DNA of 64,000 bases. Source: Thermodesulfobacteriota bacterium (GTDB lineage: Bacteria > Desulfobacterota > Desulfomonilia > UBA1062). Position numbers and translations under genes: made by a program. The notes beneath the pieces are model-generated. The model was not told where the DNA came from. It did no database searches and was given only the letters and a program-made list of their open reading frames with translations. Below are positions 16,844 to 28,568 of this stretch, one piece after another. The stretch lies in contig DAITOA010000001.1 in the NCBI GenBank assembly GCA_036834365.1, forward strand, positions 15,892-79,891, written 5' to 3'. Numbering within the stretch: position 1 is the stretch's first letter; each line of letters starts with the position of its first letter.

Positions 16844-19168
16844 GTGAAGCATGGGATTTTTTCCGGGGGGGGGGGATCATACGTGTTGCGTGATATGGGC
16901 AGGAACCATCCTTTTGTTGTTGTCGTTGCAGGTCTGTGCTGCGGAATGCTTGTCAGATGGGCTGATGGGTACGGCATTGCGTTCTGTGGTGTCCTGCTTG
17001 TTCAGCTGGTGTCAAGAGAACGGTTCATCCATGCTCTCATCGGGATATTACTCGGATGTGCCGCGGCATGTTTCGCTCCGGTTTGGATTCAAATCGATGA
17101 TGGTCCCCACCACGTCAGGGGTATTGTGGCTTCTACGGAATTTAGCGGGGGTTCTTTCCGCATGGCCCTCAGGGATGTAGCCGTCGACAGAAGTCACATC
17201 AGAGGCAACGCCTTGATAAGTGTTTATCGGAACCCGCCCATGGTTCAAGCCGGTTCCCGGGTGTCCGGTGTGGTTGACATACGGCAGCCGAGGGGCCTGG
17301 GGAACTTCGGTGAGTTTGATTATAAGAAACATCTCCTTGCAAAGAACATCACACTGAAGGGTTCTGTGGATGATGGTTCTACGCTGACAGTCTCTGGGGG
17401 TAAAGCGGCTGCGGGAGTCAAGAAGAGACTGCTTCTGGTCTTTGATCGTTATGCACGCCCTGAGGCTGAGCTCATCAAGGCGATGATCCTTGGGGACAGG
17501 TCAGGCATCACGAACTCTTTGCAGGACAGGTTTAACTCACTCGGCATCATGCACCTTATAGCAATTTCGGGGCTCAATATAGGTATAGCCATGGCCATAG
17601 GGTATGGTATTTTGTTCAACGTCCTGAGGTTCCTGACTCCCATTTCACTCCGGATAGACGTTCCGCTGGTTTCCGCTATCGGCGGCATGGGTGCAGCGAT
17701 TGCCTATACGGTCTTTGTAGGCCCCGAGGTGCCGACCCTCAGGGCATGCATAATGGCGGTAAGCTGTACGATGGGGATCTTGTTTCTGAGAAGATCAGAC
17801 GTTTTTGATGAGCTTGCCTTAGCAGGGTTGATTATCCTGGTGCTCTGGCCGGGGTCTCTGTATTCGGCGAGCTTTCAGCTCTCTTTCAGTGCAGTGCTCG
17901 GGATTGTCGGTATTGTGGCAAAGACGGGGAATGCCCCAATTTGGTTCAGATTTGCAGTCGTAACACTGGCGGCAGGAGTATTCACGATGCCGCTCGTGGT
18001 CTACCTGTTCGGATTTGTATCTGCTGCGGGACTCCTGGCGAACTGTATCATTGTGCCATTCTTCAGTCTGGTCATCATGCCCCTTTCCTTGATCGGCATG
18101 GCAGCGCATCTTATCTCGGCCCCTCTGGGCAAGATCATTTTTTCATTATGCATGGACGCAACACATCTCCTGATAGAAGCATGCGATCATTTCGGTTCCC
18201 TGCATCCGGTGCCAAGGCCTTGGGTCGTCTGGGTCTATCTCAGTTACATCGGCCTTCTGACAGCGTTCTTTGGCGAGAAAACCCCATGGAGATCGTATGT
18301 GCTCATTGCCTTAAGTGCCGGTGTCATTGCTTTGCCGATCATACAGCACGCCATAAGGAACAATAGTCCCATGTGCTTCGATTTTCTCAGTGTCGGGCAG
18401 GGCGATTGTTCTCTGGTCACTGAGGGGCCTCATGCTGTTCTCATCGATGCAGGACCGGCCTATTCAAGTTTTGATGCAGGCAGGCAAGTCGTCAGTCCTC
18501 ATCTCCTGCGAAGAGGGATCACCTCGCTCGATGCAGTGATCGTTACCCACATGCATCCCGACCACTGCGGTGGCATTCCCTACATCCTTGAGCGGTTCCC
18601 GGTCGGGCAGCTATGGCTCAATGCCCCGCTGGAAAATAATCCCTGTTTCCAAGAAGTAATACGCATCACAAAAGAGAAATCAATCCCATTGAGATATGTT
18701 TGTCGTGGTGATAGTCTCCGGATCGGAGGAATAACCATGGATGTCCTTCATCCGCAGTACAGGCTTGATCATCATGAAGGCGGAATGGATCAAAACTTGC
18801 AATCCATTGTGGTGATGATACATGATAAGCGTATGAAGGGTCTCTTTATGGGTGACGCAGACATGTATGGCGAACTAATACTGGTGCATATGCAGAAGAA
18901 CATAACAGCTGATGTCCTCAAGGTGGCACATCATGGAAGCGAGAAGTCATGCCTCGATCCGTTCCTGGGTGCGGCTTGTCCGGAAAGAGCGATCATAAGC
19001 TGCGGATTCCGGAACAGGTACGGAGACCCATCGAGAGAAGCCCTTGCGAGACTGGAAAGGCACAGCATATATGTCTACCGTACAGATATTCATGGAGAAG
19101 TCATGGTAACATCTCTTCCTTCAGGGCCGGATGTTAAGTCGGTTCGTGAACCTGCCGATATTCAATAG
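16844..19168 (+). CDS. comEC: DNA internalization-related competence protein ComEC/Rec2 (N-terminal DUF4131, central competence channel domain, C-terminal metallo-beta-lactamase)
   Basis: 774 aa polytopic membrane protein. C-terminal MBL motif VTHMHPDHCGG. Start ambiguous (GTG 16844 vs ATG 16895). Confidence 0.8.
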   Translation: MKHGIFSGGGGSYVLRDMGRNHPFVVVVAGLCCGMLVRWADGYGIAFCGVLLVQLVSRERFIHALIGILLGCAAACFAPVWIQIDDGPHHVRGIVASTEFSGGSFRMALRDVAVDRSHIRGNALISVYRNPPMVQAGSRVSGVVDIRQPRGLGNFGEFDYKKHLLAKNITLKGSVDDGSTLTVSGGKAAAGVKKRLLLVFDRYARPEAELIKAMILGDRSGITNSLQDRFNSLGIMHLIAISGLNIGIAMAIGYGILFNVLRFLTPISLRIDVPLVSAIGGMGAAIAYTVFVGPEVPTLRACIMAVSCTMGILFLRRSDVFDELALAGLIILVLWPGSLYSASFQLSFSAVLGIVGIVAKTGNAPIWFRFAVVTLAAGVFTMPLVVYLFGFVSAAGLLANCIIVPFFSLVIMPLSLIGMAAHLISAPLGKIIFSLCMDATHLLIEACDHFGSLHPVPRPWVVWVYLSYIGLLTAFFGEKTPWRSYVLIALSAGVIALPIIQHAIRNNSPMCFDFLSVGQGDCSLVTEGPHAVLIDAGPAYSSFDAGRQVVSPHLLRRGITSLDAVIVTHMHPDHCGGIPYILERFPVGQLWLNAPLENNPCFQEVIRITKEKSIPLRYVCRGDSLRIGGITMDVLHPQYRLDHHEGGMDQNLQSIVVMIHDKRMKGLFMGDADMYGELILVHMQKNITADVLKVAHHGSEKSCLDPFLGAACPERAIISCGFRNRYGDPSREALARLERHSIYVYRTDIHGEVMVTSLPSGPDVKSVREPADIQ
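16865..16875. repeat. Homopolymeric G11 tract at the 5' end of comEC
   Basis: ttcc-GGGGGGGGGGG-atca. Lies in codons 8-11 of the GTG-initiated ORF (MKHGIFSGGGGS...), or 20 nt upstream of the alternative ATG at 16895. Confidence 0.9.
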
Positions 19169-19217
19169 GATGAACAAGGAGATTGGTTTGTATACGGCGT
19201 CGGGCCCTGCAAGGATT

Positions 19218-19661
19218 ATGACCGGAACATCAGGAATGACGCTCATGGAGGTCATGATCGTTGTGGTGATTATCGGCATCCTCGCTGGCGTAGCCATGCC
19301 CGGAATGATCGGGTGGTTCAGCAAGAGAAGCCTGGACTCCGCATCGAGGGAGATGTTCTCCAATTTCCAGAGGGCAAGGAGCGAAGCGATCACCCGCGCC
19401 ACGAACGTTCAGATCCAAATTGATTCTGGCAATGAATGGTACAGGATTCAGGATGCCAACGGCAATGTGATCGTGCCGCAGACAAACATGCCAGAGGGCA
19501 TAGATCTGGAATCCGCAGCCACGACGACGGGGTTTACCTTCCGTGGTTTTTCTACAACGCCGGAAATTACGGTTACCATCACGAGCGAGGATGCGCCTGC
19601 TGCAGACAACTGGAGAAGAATAAGACTCAACCCCGGCGGAACGGTGAGTATAGAGCCATGA
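19218..19661 (+). CDS. Type IV minor (pseudo)pilin, FimT/FimU/GspH-like
   Basis: Prepilin N-terminus GMTLMEVMIVVVIIGILAGVA. About 147 aa from the internal ATG. The ORF track starts at 19131, overlapping the comEC end. Confidence 0.6.
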   Translation: MTGTSGMTLMEVMIVVVIIGILAGVAMPGMIGWFSKRSLDSASREMFSNFQRARSEAITRATNVQIQIDSGNEWYRIQDANGNVIVPQTNMPEGIDLESAATTTGFTFRGFSTTPEITVTITSEDAPAADNWRRIRLNPGGTVSIEP

Positions 19662-20296
19662 AAAGGTTAATGGTACTGGCAAATAGCAAGGGACTTACCC
19701 TCATTGAGCTGATGATAGTCCTGGTTCTGTCCCTTCTGCTCATGGGGGCAGTTTTCATGACCTTCCAGCTCCAACACAACTCGAGCCGTGCCCAGACCCA
19801 GGTGGCCGCCACCCAGCAGGATCTCCGGGCTGCGATGGACGTTATTGCCATGGACATCATGCATGCAGGTCTGTGTCAGAACCCATCAAGTAGTATTCAA
19901 GGCATACCGACAGGAACCAGCGGCACAAACACCCTTCAGCTTCAGATGGATTATAATGATGACGGAGCAACTACCGGAACAGGCGAACTTGTTACCTACC
20001 GGCTGAATAACGGCAACCTGGAACGCGTCGATGTGAATGCAGGGGTTACCCAGGTCATTGCAAGGAATGTGACGGTTTTGACCTTCCAGTATCTGGGCAG
20101 GACGAAAAGCAACAGTACACAACAGATCGACCCGGGCGGTGGAACCCTCTCCCAGGCACAGGCCAAGGCCGTGAGGTTTATCGATGTGACAATCACCAAG
20201 GAAGGCGAGCAGGTGGACTCCCAGACAGGGAATGCAGTGCAGAGGACTCTGTCGCGCTGGGTCTGCAGGAGGAACGGTGCTATCGATGAGCTCTAG
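19658..20296 (+). CDS. pilW: Type IV pilus minor pilin PilW-like
   Basis: KGLTLIELMIVLVLSLLLMGA prepilin motif, plus ...LRAAMDVIAMDIMHAG resembling PilW. ATGA overlap with the previous gene. Confidence 0.6.
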   Translation: MKRLMVLANSKGLTLIELMIVLVLSLLLMGAVFMTFQLQHNSSRAQTQVAATQQDLRAAMDVIAMDIMHAGLCQNPSSSIQGIPTGTSGTNTLQLQMDYNDDGATTGTGELVTYRLNNGNLERVDVNAGVTQVIARNVTVLTFQYLGRTKSNSTQQIDPGGGTLSQAQAKAVRFIDVTITKEGEQVDSQTGNAVQRTLSRWVCRRNGAIDEL

Positions 20297-20717
20297 AATG
20301 ACGGCGGGTATGGATAAAGGACCTGCAGAAGGGTGTCGCTCCGGTGGATTCACCCTCATCGAGTTGGTCGTGGCCATCCTTGTCTTTGCCCTCGGCATCA
20401 TGGGTATCCTGAAGATGCACCAGGCTTCCGTTCAGGCAAACAACTTCAGCATGCAGCTCACCGAGGCAGTCAATGCGGCGGAAGACCAGATGGAATTTCT
20501 GCGGGGCCTGTCGTTCGACCATAACTCTATGAGCATCGGAGCGCACAATACCACCACGACGATTTCGAGGAACATCCCGTATAACGTTTCCTATCAGGTT
20601 GCTACGACGCCCGGTACCGGGGGCAGCGGACGGACGGTCACCATCAGTGTCACCTGGCAGGAGAAGAACTTGAATCATATGTTCACATTGCCTCTGGTGA
20701 TGGACGAGCTGGATTAA
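20286..20717 (+). CDS. pilV: Type IV pilus minor pilin PilV-like
   Basis: GGFTLIELVVAILVFALGIMG prepilin motif. About 143 aa. Confidence 0.6.
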   Translation: MSSRMTAGMDKGPAEGCRSGGFTLIELVVAILVFALGIMGILKMHQASVQANNFSMQLTEAVNAAEDQMEFLRGLSFDHNSMSIGAHNTTTTISRNIPYNVSYQVATTPGTGGSGRTVTISVTWQEKNLNHMFTLPLVMDELD

Positions 20718-21190
20718 TGCCCATTGAAGGCGGCAGGGAGCTTCAAGAGATGAGGATAAAAGAGATTCTGAAGGATAAGGATGGTGCGGTGCTTATCCTG
20801 GTGCTCATCGTTCTGGTGGCTGCCATCATCCTGGGTGTCATGATGACCAGGTCGGCGACCCTTGAATCGAGGATGGCCGGCAACGAACGCCGCTATATAA
20901 CTGATTTCGCAAATCTCGAGACTGCCGTGAACCTTGTCCTCATACAGAATACCGCTGCTCTGGCGGCCGTCGCAACGACCTCGGGCAATTCCTATACATA
21001 TCCCGATGGAACGCTCCCGGATGGCACGAGTGTAACGGTCACCCTTGAAGACATAAGAAAGCCACCCGTGGGTTCCGGATTTGATCCTTCCTACAAGGCA
21101 AGGTACTATCTCTTTGAGGCCACGGACGACGGTGGCAACCAGAACCTTTCAGTAGGTGCATACAAGGTGTTCCCGCCCATCAATGACTAG
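20717..21190 (+). CDS. pilX: Type IV pilus assembly protein PilX-like
   Basis: 157 aa; N-terminus DGAVLILVLIVLVAAIILGVMMTRSATLESRMAGNERRY is typical of PilX. Confidence 0.55.
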   Translation: MPIEGGRELQEMRIKEILKDKDGAVLILVLIVLVAAIILGVMMTRSATLESRMAGNERRYITDFANLETAVNLVLIQNTAALAAVATTSGNSYTYPDGTLPDGTSVTVTLEDIRKPPVGSGFDPSYKARYYLFEATDDGGNQNLSVGAYKVFPPIND

Positions 21191-21228
21191 AAATGCCTGG
21201 GGACAAGATCAGGCAAAGGAGTGGTGAT

Positions 21229-24200
21229 ATGAGCAGGAAGAGTACATTGCTGGCCATGATCATGGTTCTCCTGCACTGGGGTTGTTTCGTTGGGTTATCA
21301 CATGCCGATGATACGGAGATATTCGGAGGGGCTTCCATTAATGTTCCACCCAACGTTCTGATTATTTTTGATAACTCAGGAAGTATGGCGGAGAATGTCT
21401 GGGTTCAGGCCAGTTCCGCCGATTATGATCCCGCTGTCGAATATTCTGGAAGCTACAGCCTGTCAAGGGTTTACAGTCAGGATTGCAGTGGATGGGGATG
21501 GTGGGATAACTTCGCAAATATCGGATCGAACCACATCGTGGATTCCACCGAGATCTCCTGCACGGAAGCCAGGGAAGCGCTCAATACATACGGGCACTGG
21601 CAGGGGCAGATCAGTGGATCGGGAACCCATGCATGCGGGACAAGCTATTCGTGCAGAAATCTGAGGACAGGCAATTATCGGAATTATCTCGCATCGACCT
21701 CGGGTCATTATGAACAAAAGATCTCTGTGGCGAAGACGACCATAAAGAACCTCATCAACACCACAGACGGCGTGCGCTTCGGCATCATGGTCTTTAACGA
21801 CAGTGAGGGCGGACATGTACTCGCACCCATCGCGACCCGCTCCACTGCCACCGAGAAGGCTACCCTGACCACGCTCATCGACTCGCTCTCCGCCCAGACA
21901 TGGACACCTCTGGCCGAGACCCTGTCCGAGGCCGGGCTGTATTATGCGAGGAAGCAGTCGTGGTTCAATACTGGAGTGGACTATGCAACGGCGTATGACC
22001 CGGCGATCCAGTATAGGTGCCAGAAGAATTATATCGTTTTGATGACTGATGGTGAGTCCACGCAGGACAGGAACAGCAAACTCTGGAGCACAAACTATTT
22101 GAACAGTAAAGTCATCGGAGACTACGACAATGATGCCAGCTCCCACGATGAGTACCACAACAGCGAAGGTGATGCTTATGACAGCTACGGCAGCGATTAC
22201 CTCGACGATGTGGCCAAATTTCTCCGCGATGAAGACCTCCTGACGGGGGTTTCCGATCTAAGCGGGGTTTCGTTCGATGCAACGGATTTCCCTTCACAGA
22301 ATATCATAACCTATACCATAGGGTTTGCCATCGATCATGTTCTCCTCACCGAGGCTGCAGATTCAAGCCACGGGCAGGGTGATTACTTCACTACTTCAGG
22401 CGGTGTCAGTCTGCAGGACATCTTCGAGTCCATCATCGGGAGTATCCTGGAGACCAATTCCCAGTTCATCTCCCCCGTGGTGCCCGTGAACAGGCTGAAC
22501 AGGACCTATGCCGACAACGGATTGTACATCGGCATCTTCGCTCCCGACTCGGATACGGATATGCAGGGGTTGTGGAAAGGCAACCTGAAGAAATTCGGGT
22601 ACAGCAAACAGGGGGAGATCCTCGACCGTCACGGCGTGTTAGCCACAAGCAGTACCGGCGCAATCCTCGAGGGTGCACACTCCGTCTGGGGCACAGAAGT
22701 GACAGGCACCGAGGGCATGACTGTTGACGTCGGGGGCGCTGGTGCGGTCCTGTTGACTCAATCATCGAGGAACTTCAAAACGAACAGCAGCACGGGTATG
22801 GTGCCCTTCAACGCTTCGAACGTCACCGCCGCAAACATGGGTTTGAGCACGGATGCACAGAGGAACGACCTCATCGACTTCGTCACGGCCGGAGGCATAT
22901 ACGCACCTACATACACTGGCACGGATGGAAAGAACCGTGTGTGGATTCTCGGGGATATCATCCACTCCCAACCCGCAGTATACTACGACAAGGTAAACAA
23001 CCGGAACATTATCTTCGTCGGGACCAACGACGGTTTTCTGCACTGCTTCCTGGATAACGACAATGGCACGTCCGATTCGCTCACCGACGATTCAGTCCAG
23101 GAATCGTGGGCATTCGTCCCGTGGGACCTCCTCCCGAATCTCCAATACCTGCCACCAGCGGGGTATACCGCTGAAATCGCGGGCAACTCCACTCACGAGT
23201 ACTTTGTGGATGGATCACCGGTGGTCTACAAGAGCGGGAGCAGCACCTACCTAGCCTTCGGCCTGAGGAGGGGCGGGCTTAATATAACCTCCGGAGGTGA
23301 GCTCACGAACCAGTACTTCATACTGAACATTGACAACTATCAATCCCCGAGCTTCACGGCATCGATATCAAAGAGCATCCTGGGTACAAGCTCAGAGCAG
23401 CTCGGCCAGTCCTGGAGCACCCCTTATTTCAGCACCATCAAGACCGGGGCCAGCACAAGCAGCAAACAGGACGTACTGATCCTTACCGGAGGGTATGACA
23501 CGAACCAGGATAATGACGACCCCGGTACTGCAGACACCAAGGGCAGGGCGGTCTTTGCCGTGAACGCCACTACGGGCGCCCTGATGTCCAACCTGAACTT
23601 CAACTACAATAATTATTCAAAGATGCGGTATTCCATGGTGGATCTCAGGGCTTATGACGACAATGACGACGGCTGCACCGACGTGATCTATGCGCCTTCC
23701 GTCGGAGGTGACCTCTTCGTATTCGATGACAGATCAACGGCCACAGGCACGCCATATGACGGCGTATGGACGAAACGTTTGCTCTTCAGCGCTGCAAACC
23801 GGGGCAGCACGGCGAAGCTCAGGAAGTTCTTCTATGCCCCCGGCATCGCCCAGGAGACCTGGGGGGACTGGGTCTACATCGCCAGCGGAGACCGGGAGCA
23901 CCCGACCGATGCGACCGGAGAGGAAACCACCCCTGCGTACAACCGGTTCTATGCTCTCCGCTACACATGGCCTGCTACCTGGAGTGACGAAGACGATGCC
24001 CTGACAGATTCGGACCTTACCGACGTGTCCACGGACACCCTCCAGGGGACCACCTCGACCCCGTCTACATTGACCGAAGCCGAGAAGGCAGCCCTCCGAC
24101 AGGCACTTTCTTCCAGCGGCAACGGATGGTTCTTTGACCTTGACCACTCAGGAGAGAAAGCGGTATCGACCCCCCTCGTGTACAACAAGGTGGTTTACTT

Positions 24201-24516
24201 TACTACCTTTACCCCGAGCACGGCAGTATCTACGAGCAGCACCGATCCGTGCGGAACCACGGGTGCAGGTACGGCGAGGCTCTATGCCGTGGACTACGAA
24301 ACCGGTGAAGCGGTGTTCTCGGATTTCGACGGCAATTCATCCTCACTGACAGAGGAAGACAGGTCAAAGACCATAGGCTCAGGTATCCCCTCGGAACCCA
24401 CCCTGGTGGTGACCGAACAGGGCACGTTCATTGTTGTGGGTACCGAGGAGGGACCCATCTCTGTTGACACGCAGGAAAAACGTAGCCTTAACCGCTATTA
24501 CTGGTTGAAGCAATAG
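21229..24516 (+). CDS. pilY1: PilY1-like type IV pilus tip adhesin (signal peptide, N-terminal vWA domain, C-terminal PilY1/PilC beta-propeller domain)
   Basis: vWA MIDAS VLIIFDNSGSM at 21361-21390 plus IVLMTDGEST. Calcium-site motif AYDDNDDGCTDVIY (DxDxDGxxD) at about 23651-23690. About 1095 aa from the ATG with a ggag RBS. Confidence 0.8.
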   Translation: MSRKSTLLAMIMVLLHWGCFVGLSHADDTEIFGGASINVPPNVLIIFDNSGSMAENVWVQASSADYDPAVEYSGSYSLSRVYSQDCSGWGWWDNFANIGSNHIVDSTEISCTEAREALNTYGHWQGQISGSGTHACGTSYSCRNLRTGNYRNYLASTSGHYEQKISVAKTTIKNLINTTDGVRFGIMVFNDSEGGHVLAPIATRSTATEKATLTTLIDSLSAQTWTPLAETLSEAGLYYARKQSWFNTGVDYATAYDPAIQYRCQKNYIVLMTDGESTQDRNSKLWSTNYLNSKVIGDYDNDASSHDEYHNSEGDAYDSYGSDYLDDVAKFLRDEDLLTGVSDLSGVSFDATDFPSQNIITYTIGFAIDHVLLTEAADSSHGQGDYFTTSGGVSLQDIFESIIGSILETNSQFISPVVPVNRLNRTYADNGLYIGIFAPDSDTDMQGLWKGNLKKFGYSKQGEILDRHGVLATSSTGAILEGAHSVWGTEVTGTEGMTVDVGGAGAVLLTQSSRNFKTNSSTGMVPFNASNVTAANMGLSTDAQRNDLIDFVTAGGIYAPTYTGTDGKNRVWILGDIIHSQPAVYYDKVNNRNIIFVGTNDGFLHCFLDNDNGTSDSLTDDSVQESWAFVPWDLLPNLQYLPPAGYTAEIAGNSTHEYFVDGSPVVYKSGSSTYLAFGLRRGGLNITSGGELTNQYFILNIDNYQSPSFTASISKSILGTSSEQLGQSWSTPYFSTIKTGASTSSKQDVLILTGGYDTNQDNDDPGTADTKGRAVFAVNATTGALMSNLNFNYNNYSKMRYSMVDLRAYDDNDDGCTDVIYAPSVGGDLFVFDDRSTATGTPYDGVWTKRLLFSAANRGSTAKLRKFFYAPGIAQETWGDWVYIASGDREHPTDATGEETTPAYNRFYALRYTWPATWSDEDDALTDSDLTDVSTDTLQGTTSTPSTLTEAEKAALRQALSSSGNGWFFDLDHSGEKAVSTPLVYNKVVYFTTFTPSTAVSTSSTDPCGTTGAGTARLYAVDYETGEAVFSDFDGNSSSLTEEDRSKTIGSGIPSEPTLVVTEQGTFIVVGTEEGPISVDTQEKRSLNRYYWLKQ

Positions 24517-24532
24517 CCACAGGAGGACCCGT

Positions 24533-24973
24533 ATGATTGCAAGACCTAATCACAGAACATGCATGCTGTGGGGATTGAGCATGATTCTTCCCTGTCTCAT
24601 CTCTTTCACCAATGTGCATGCGAGTACTCTTGAAAACGGGTTGAAGGAGTGGTATCCTGTTTCCGTCCAAGGGTCCATCATGGATGTCAAGGGTGATTAT
24701 CTAGTGGTTTCAGAGAGATGGATAGCGATCATGGACACCTCTTACCATGGAAAGGCCATCAAGACCACCATCCATGACGGTAAGGGTGTGGAAAAATCAA
24801 AGAACGCTCTGAAAAAGGGGACCATCGTTTTTGTCAGAGGCGGCCTTGCCCGGGATGAGAAGATAAGCACAGACGTACTCCTTGCAACGGAAGTCGTGGT
24901 TCTGGACAAGCCAATGAACCTGAAGGACGAAAACCAGCTGAAACAATACAACGATCCTGCAAAGCCGTGGTAA
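24533..24973 (+). CDS. Hypothetical small secreted protein (signal peptide), last gene of the pilY1 transcription unit
   Basis: 146 aa, hydrophobic N-terminus MLWGLSMILPCLISFTNVHAS. No recognisable prepilin motif. Followed by a terminator. Confidence 0.4.
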   Translation: MIARPNHRTCMLWGLSMILPCLISFTNVHASTLENGLKEWYPVSVQGSIMDVKGDYLVVSERWIAIMDTSYHGKAIKTTIHDGKGVEKSKNALKKGTIVFVRGGLARDEKISTDVLLATEVVVLDKPMNLKDENQLKQYNDPAKPW

Positions 24974-24996
24974 GTCCTGCAATCGGCAAAGCACAA

Positions 24997-25027
24997 GGCG
25001 CCGGATGTTTCTCGGCGCCTTTTTTTC
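24997..25027 (+). terminator. Rho-independent terminator after the pilus operon
   Basis: GGCGCCG-gatgtttct-CGGCGCC followed by TTTTTTT. Confidence 0.65.
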
Positions 25028-25031
25028 ATTG

Positions 25032-26141
25032 CTAGGGATTCAATATGCGTATGTAAGCGGTGTCTCCCTCGATGGCTATATCGGCAGAGACGACATTCCT
25101 CTGCCTGAGGCTTTCCATGGTATCCTGCAGGTTGCCCTTGAGTTGAACGACATGGCAGATGGTGTGTCCCTGGATACGGGAAACAGTGATCTTCGAAACT
25201 GTGTCCATGGAACGAAGGGCGTTGATGATTATCTGATAGGTATCATTATCGAGGATGCCCTCTATACACAGTGCCTTCTCATTAACTGAGGGGTTTACTG
25301 CAATAACTTTTTTCGCGATCTCCGCCCTGATCTGGACCATGACGGCCGTGATCAGCAGCTCATTCATCATCCGCTGATCCACCGTTCCCTTGAGCGAGAC
25401 CGATTCTGATATGAGATGCTGCCTGGTCTTGGGATCCACCAGGGATATATCGAGGCGTGAATCCAGAGTCGCTGCATCAATAGATTTATGAGTGATCAGC
25501 CCCGATAAGACGAGGTCAATACCTTGGGATCCTCCCAGGATCACTGCTTTATCCGATCCTGAAGGAGGGGGGGTGATTTGCTGGGGGGGGTCTGCAATAT
25601 TTTCACCTACATTCCTGAACATCGTTGCCATCTGTGATTCAAAGGGAGAGTAGCCCTTCGGCGTGCTCGTCGTCCACCACTCGTACCGATCCGACGGCCC
25701 GGGTCCGCGGCATGTTATGACGAGAAGTATTCTAGGTCTCATGGCATACGGTGTCATAAGTGATTGTCCCTGAAGCCAGTTCCTCAGGGGCGTGTCATTG
25801 AGAGTGATGTCAATGGTAATCATCAACAGGGTATCCTGTTGTGACCGTGATACGATCTTGTATTGAATGATATCCTGGATCCCCCGGGAGGATACAAACC
25901 CCTTGAGTTTCTGGGTCAGTTCAAATGATGAACTTCCGGGGACAACCCTGAGGGCAAGCTCGAGATAAACCTTGTATAATGCATCATCAAATGCTGTCTT
26001 CTCGGCCTGGGAGGCATTGTTTGCCACAAGAGAACTGATGCCTGTAGCTGTCAATGATACATCGGCTCGTGCGGGATTCTGGCTGAAGAGTATCAAAAAC
26101 AGCCAGAGAATCCCGCACGTGCATAGGCGGGGTAGATTCAT
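25032..26141 (-). CDS. Hypothetical secreted/periplasmic protein, co-transcribed with hfq
   Basis: 369 aa with N-terminal signal peptide (LWLFLILFSQNPARA). Proline-rich linker PPQQITPPPSG encoded by G7/G8 tracts (25567-25573, 25583-25590). Start overlaps the hfq stop. Confidence 0.5.
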   Translation of the reverse strand: MNLPRLCTCGILWLFLILFSQNPARADVSLTATGISSLVANNASQAEKTAFDDALYKVYLELALRVVPGSSSFELTQKLKGFVSSRGIQDIIQYKIVSRSQQDTLLMITIDITLNDTPLRNWLQGQSLMTPYAMRPRILLVITCRGPGPSDRYEWWTTSTPKGYSPFESQMATMFRNVGENIADPPQQITPPPSGSDKAVILGGSQGIDLVLSGLITHKSIDAATLDSRLDISLVDPKTRQHLISESVSLKGTVDQRMMNELLITAVMVQIRAEIAKKVIAVNPSVNEKALCIEGILDNDTYQIIINALRSMDTVSKITVSRIQGHTICHVVQLKGNLQDTMESLRQRNVVSADIAIEGDTAYIRILNP

Positions 26142-26374
26142 CCTGCAAGAAAATCTTTCAATTTTGAGTTGACCTCGGCTGGTTCGATCCTCCCTACTGC
26201 ATGCTTATAGATAAGGATCGGCTTTTCTGTCTGGATTAATATACAGAAGGGATCGAAGCTTTTTACAAACCCTTCAACCTTGGTGTTGTCTACAAGGGTT
26301 ACGATAATCGGAACTCTTTCCTTCCGTGCCTGATTCAAAAACTGGTCCTGCACGTTAAACACAACTTTGCCCAT
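26138..26374 (-). CDS. hfq: RNA chaperone Hfq
   Basis: QDQFLNQARKERVPIIVTLVDNTKVEGFVKSFDPFCILIQTEKPILIYKHAV (Sm1/Sm2 motifs). Start at the internal Met of the 87-aa ORF. Confidence 0.85.
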   Translation of the reverse strand: MGKVVFNVQDQFLNQARKERVPIIVTLVDNTKVEGFVKSFDPFCILIQTEKPILIYKHAVGRIEPAEVNSKLKDFLAG

Positions 26375-26476
26375 TGCAACCTCCTTGCGGCGAGAACTCA
26401 TTCGGTTATTCCAATCGTCTTTTCTGTTGTGTTATTTTCGCTGCGTTTTCCTAACATTTATGAATATTAATCATAA

Positions 26477-28564
<2,088 letters not shown>

Positions 28565-28568
28565 TGCC

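Noticed and set aside
21193-21228. Upstream start of the pilY1 ORF (MPGDKIRQRSGD)
   Set aside because: No RBS. The ATG at 21229 has a ggag RBS and is followed directly by a signal peptide.
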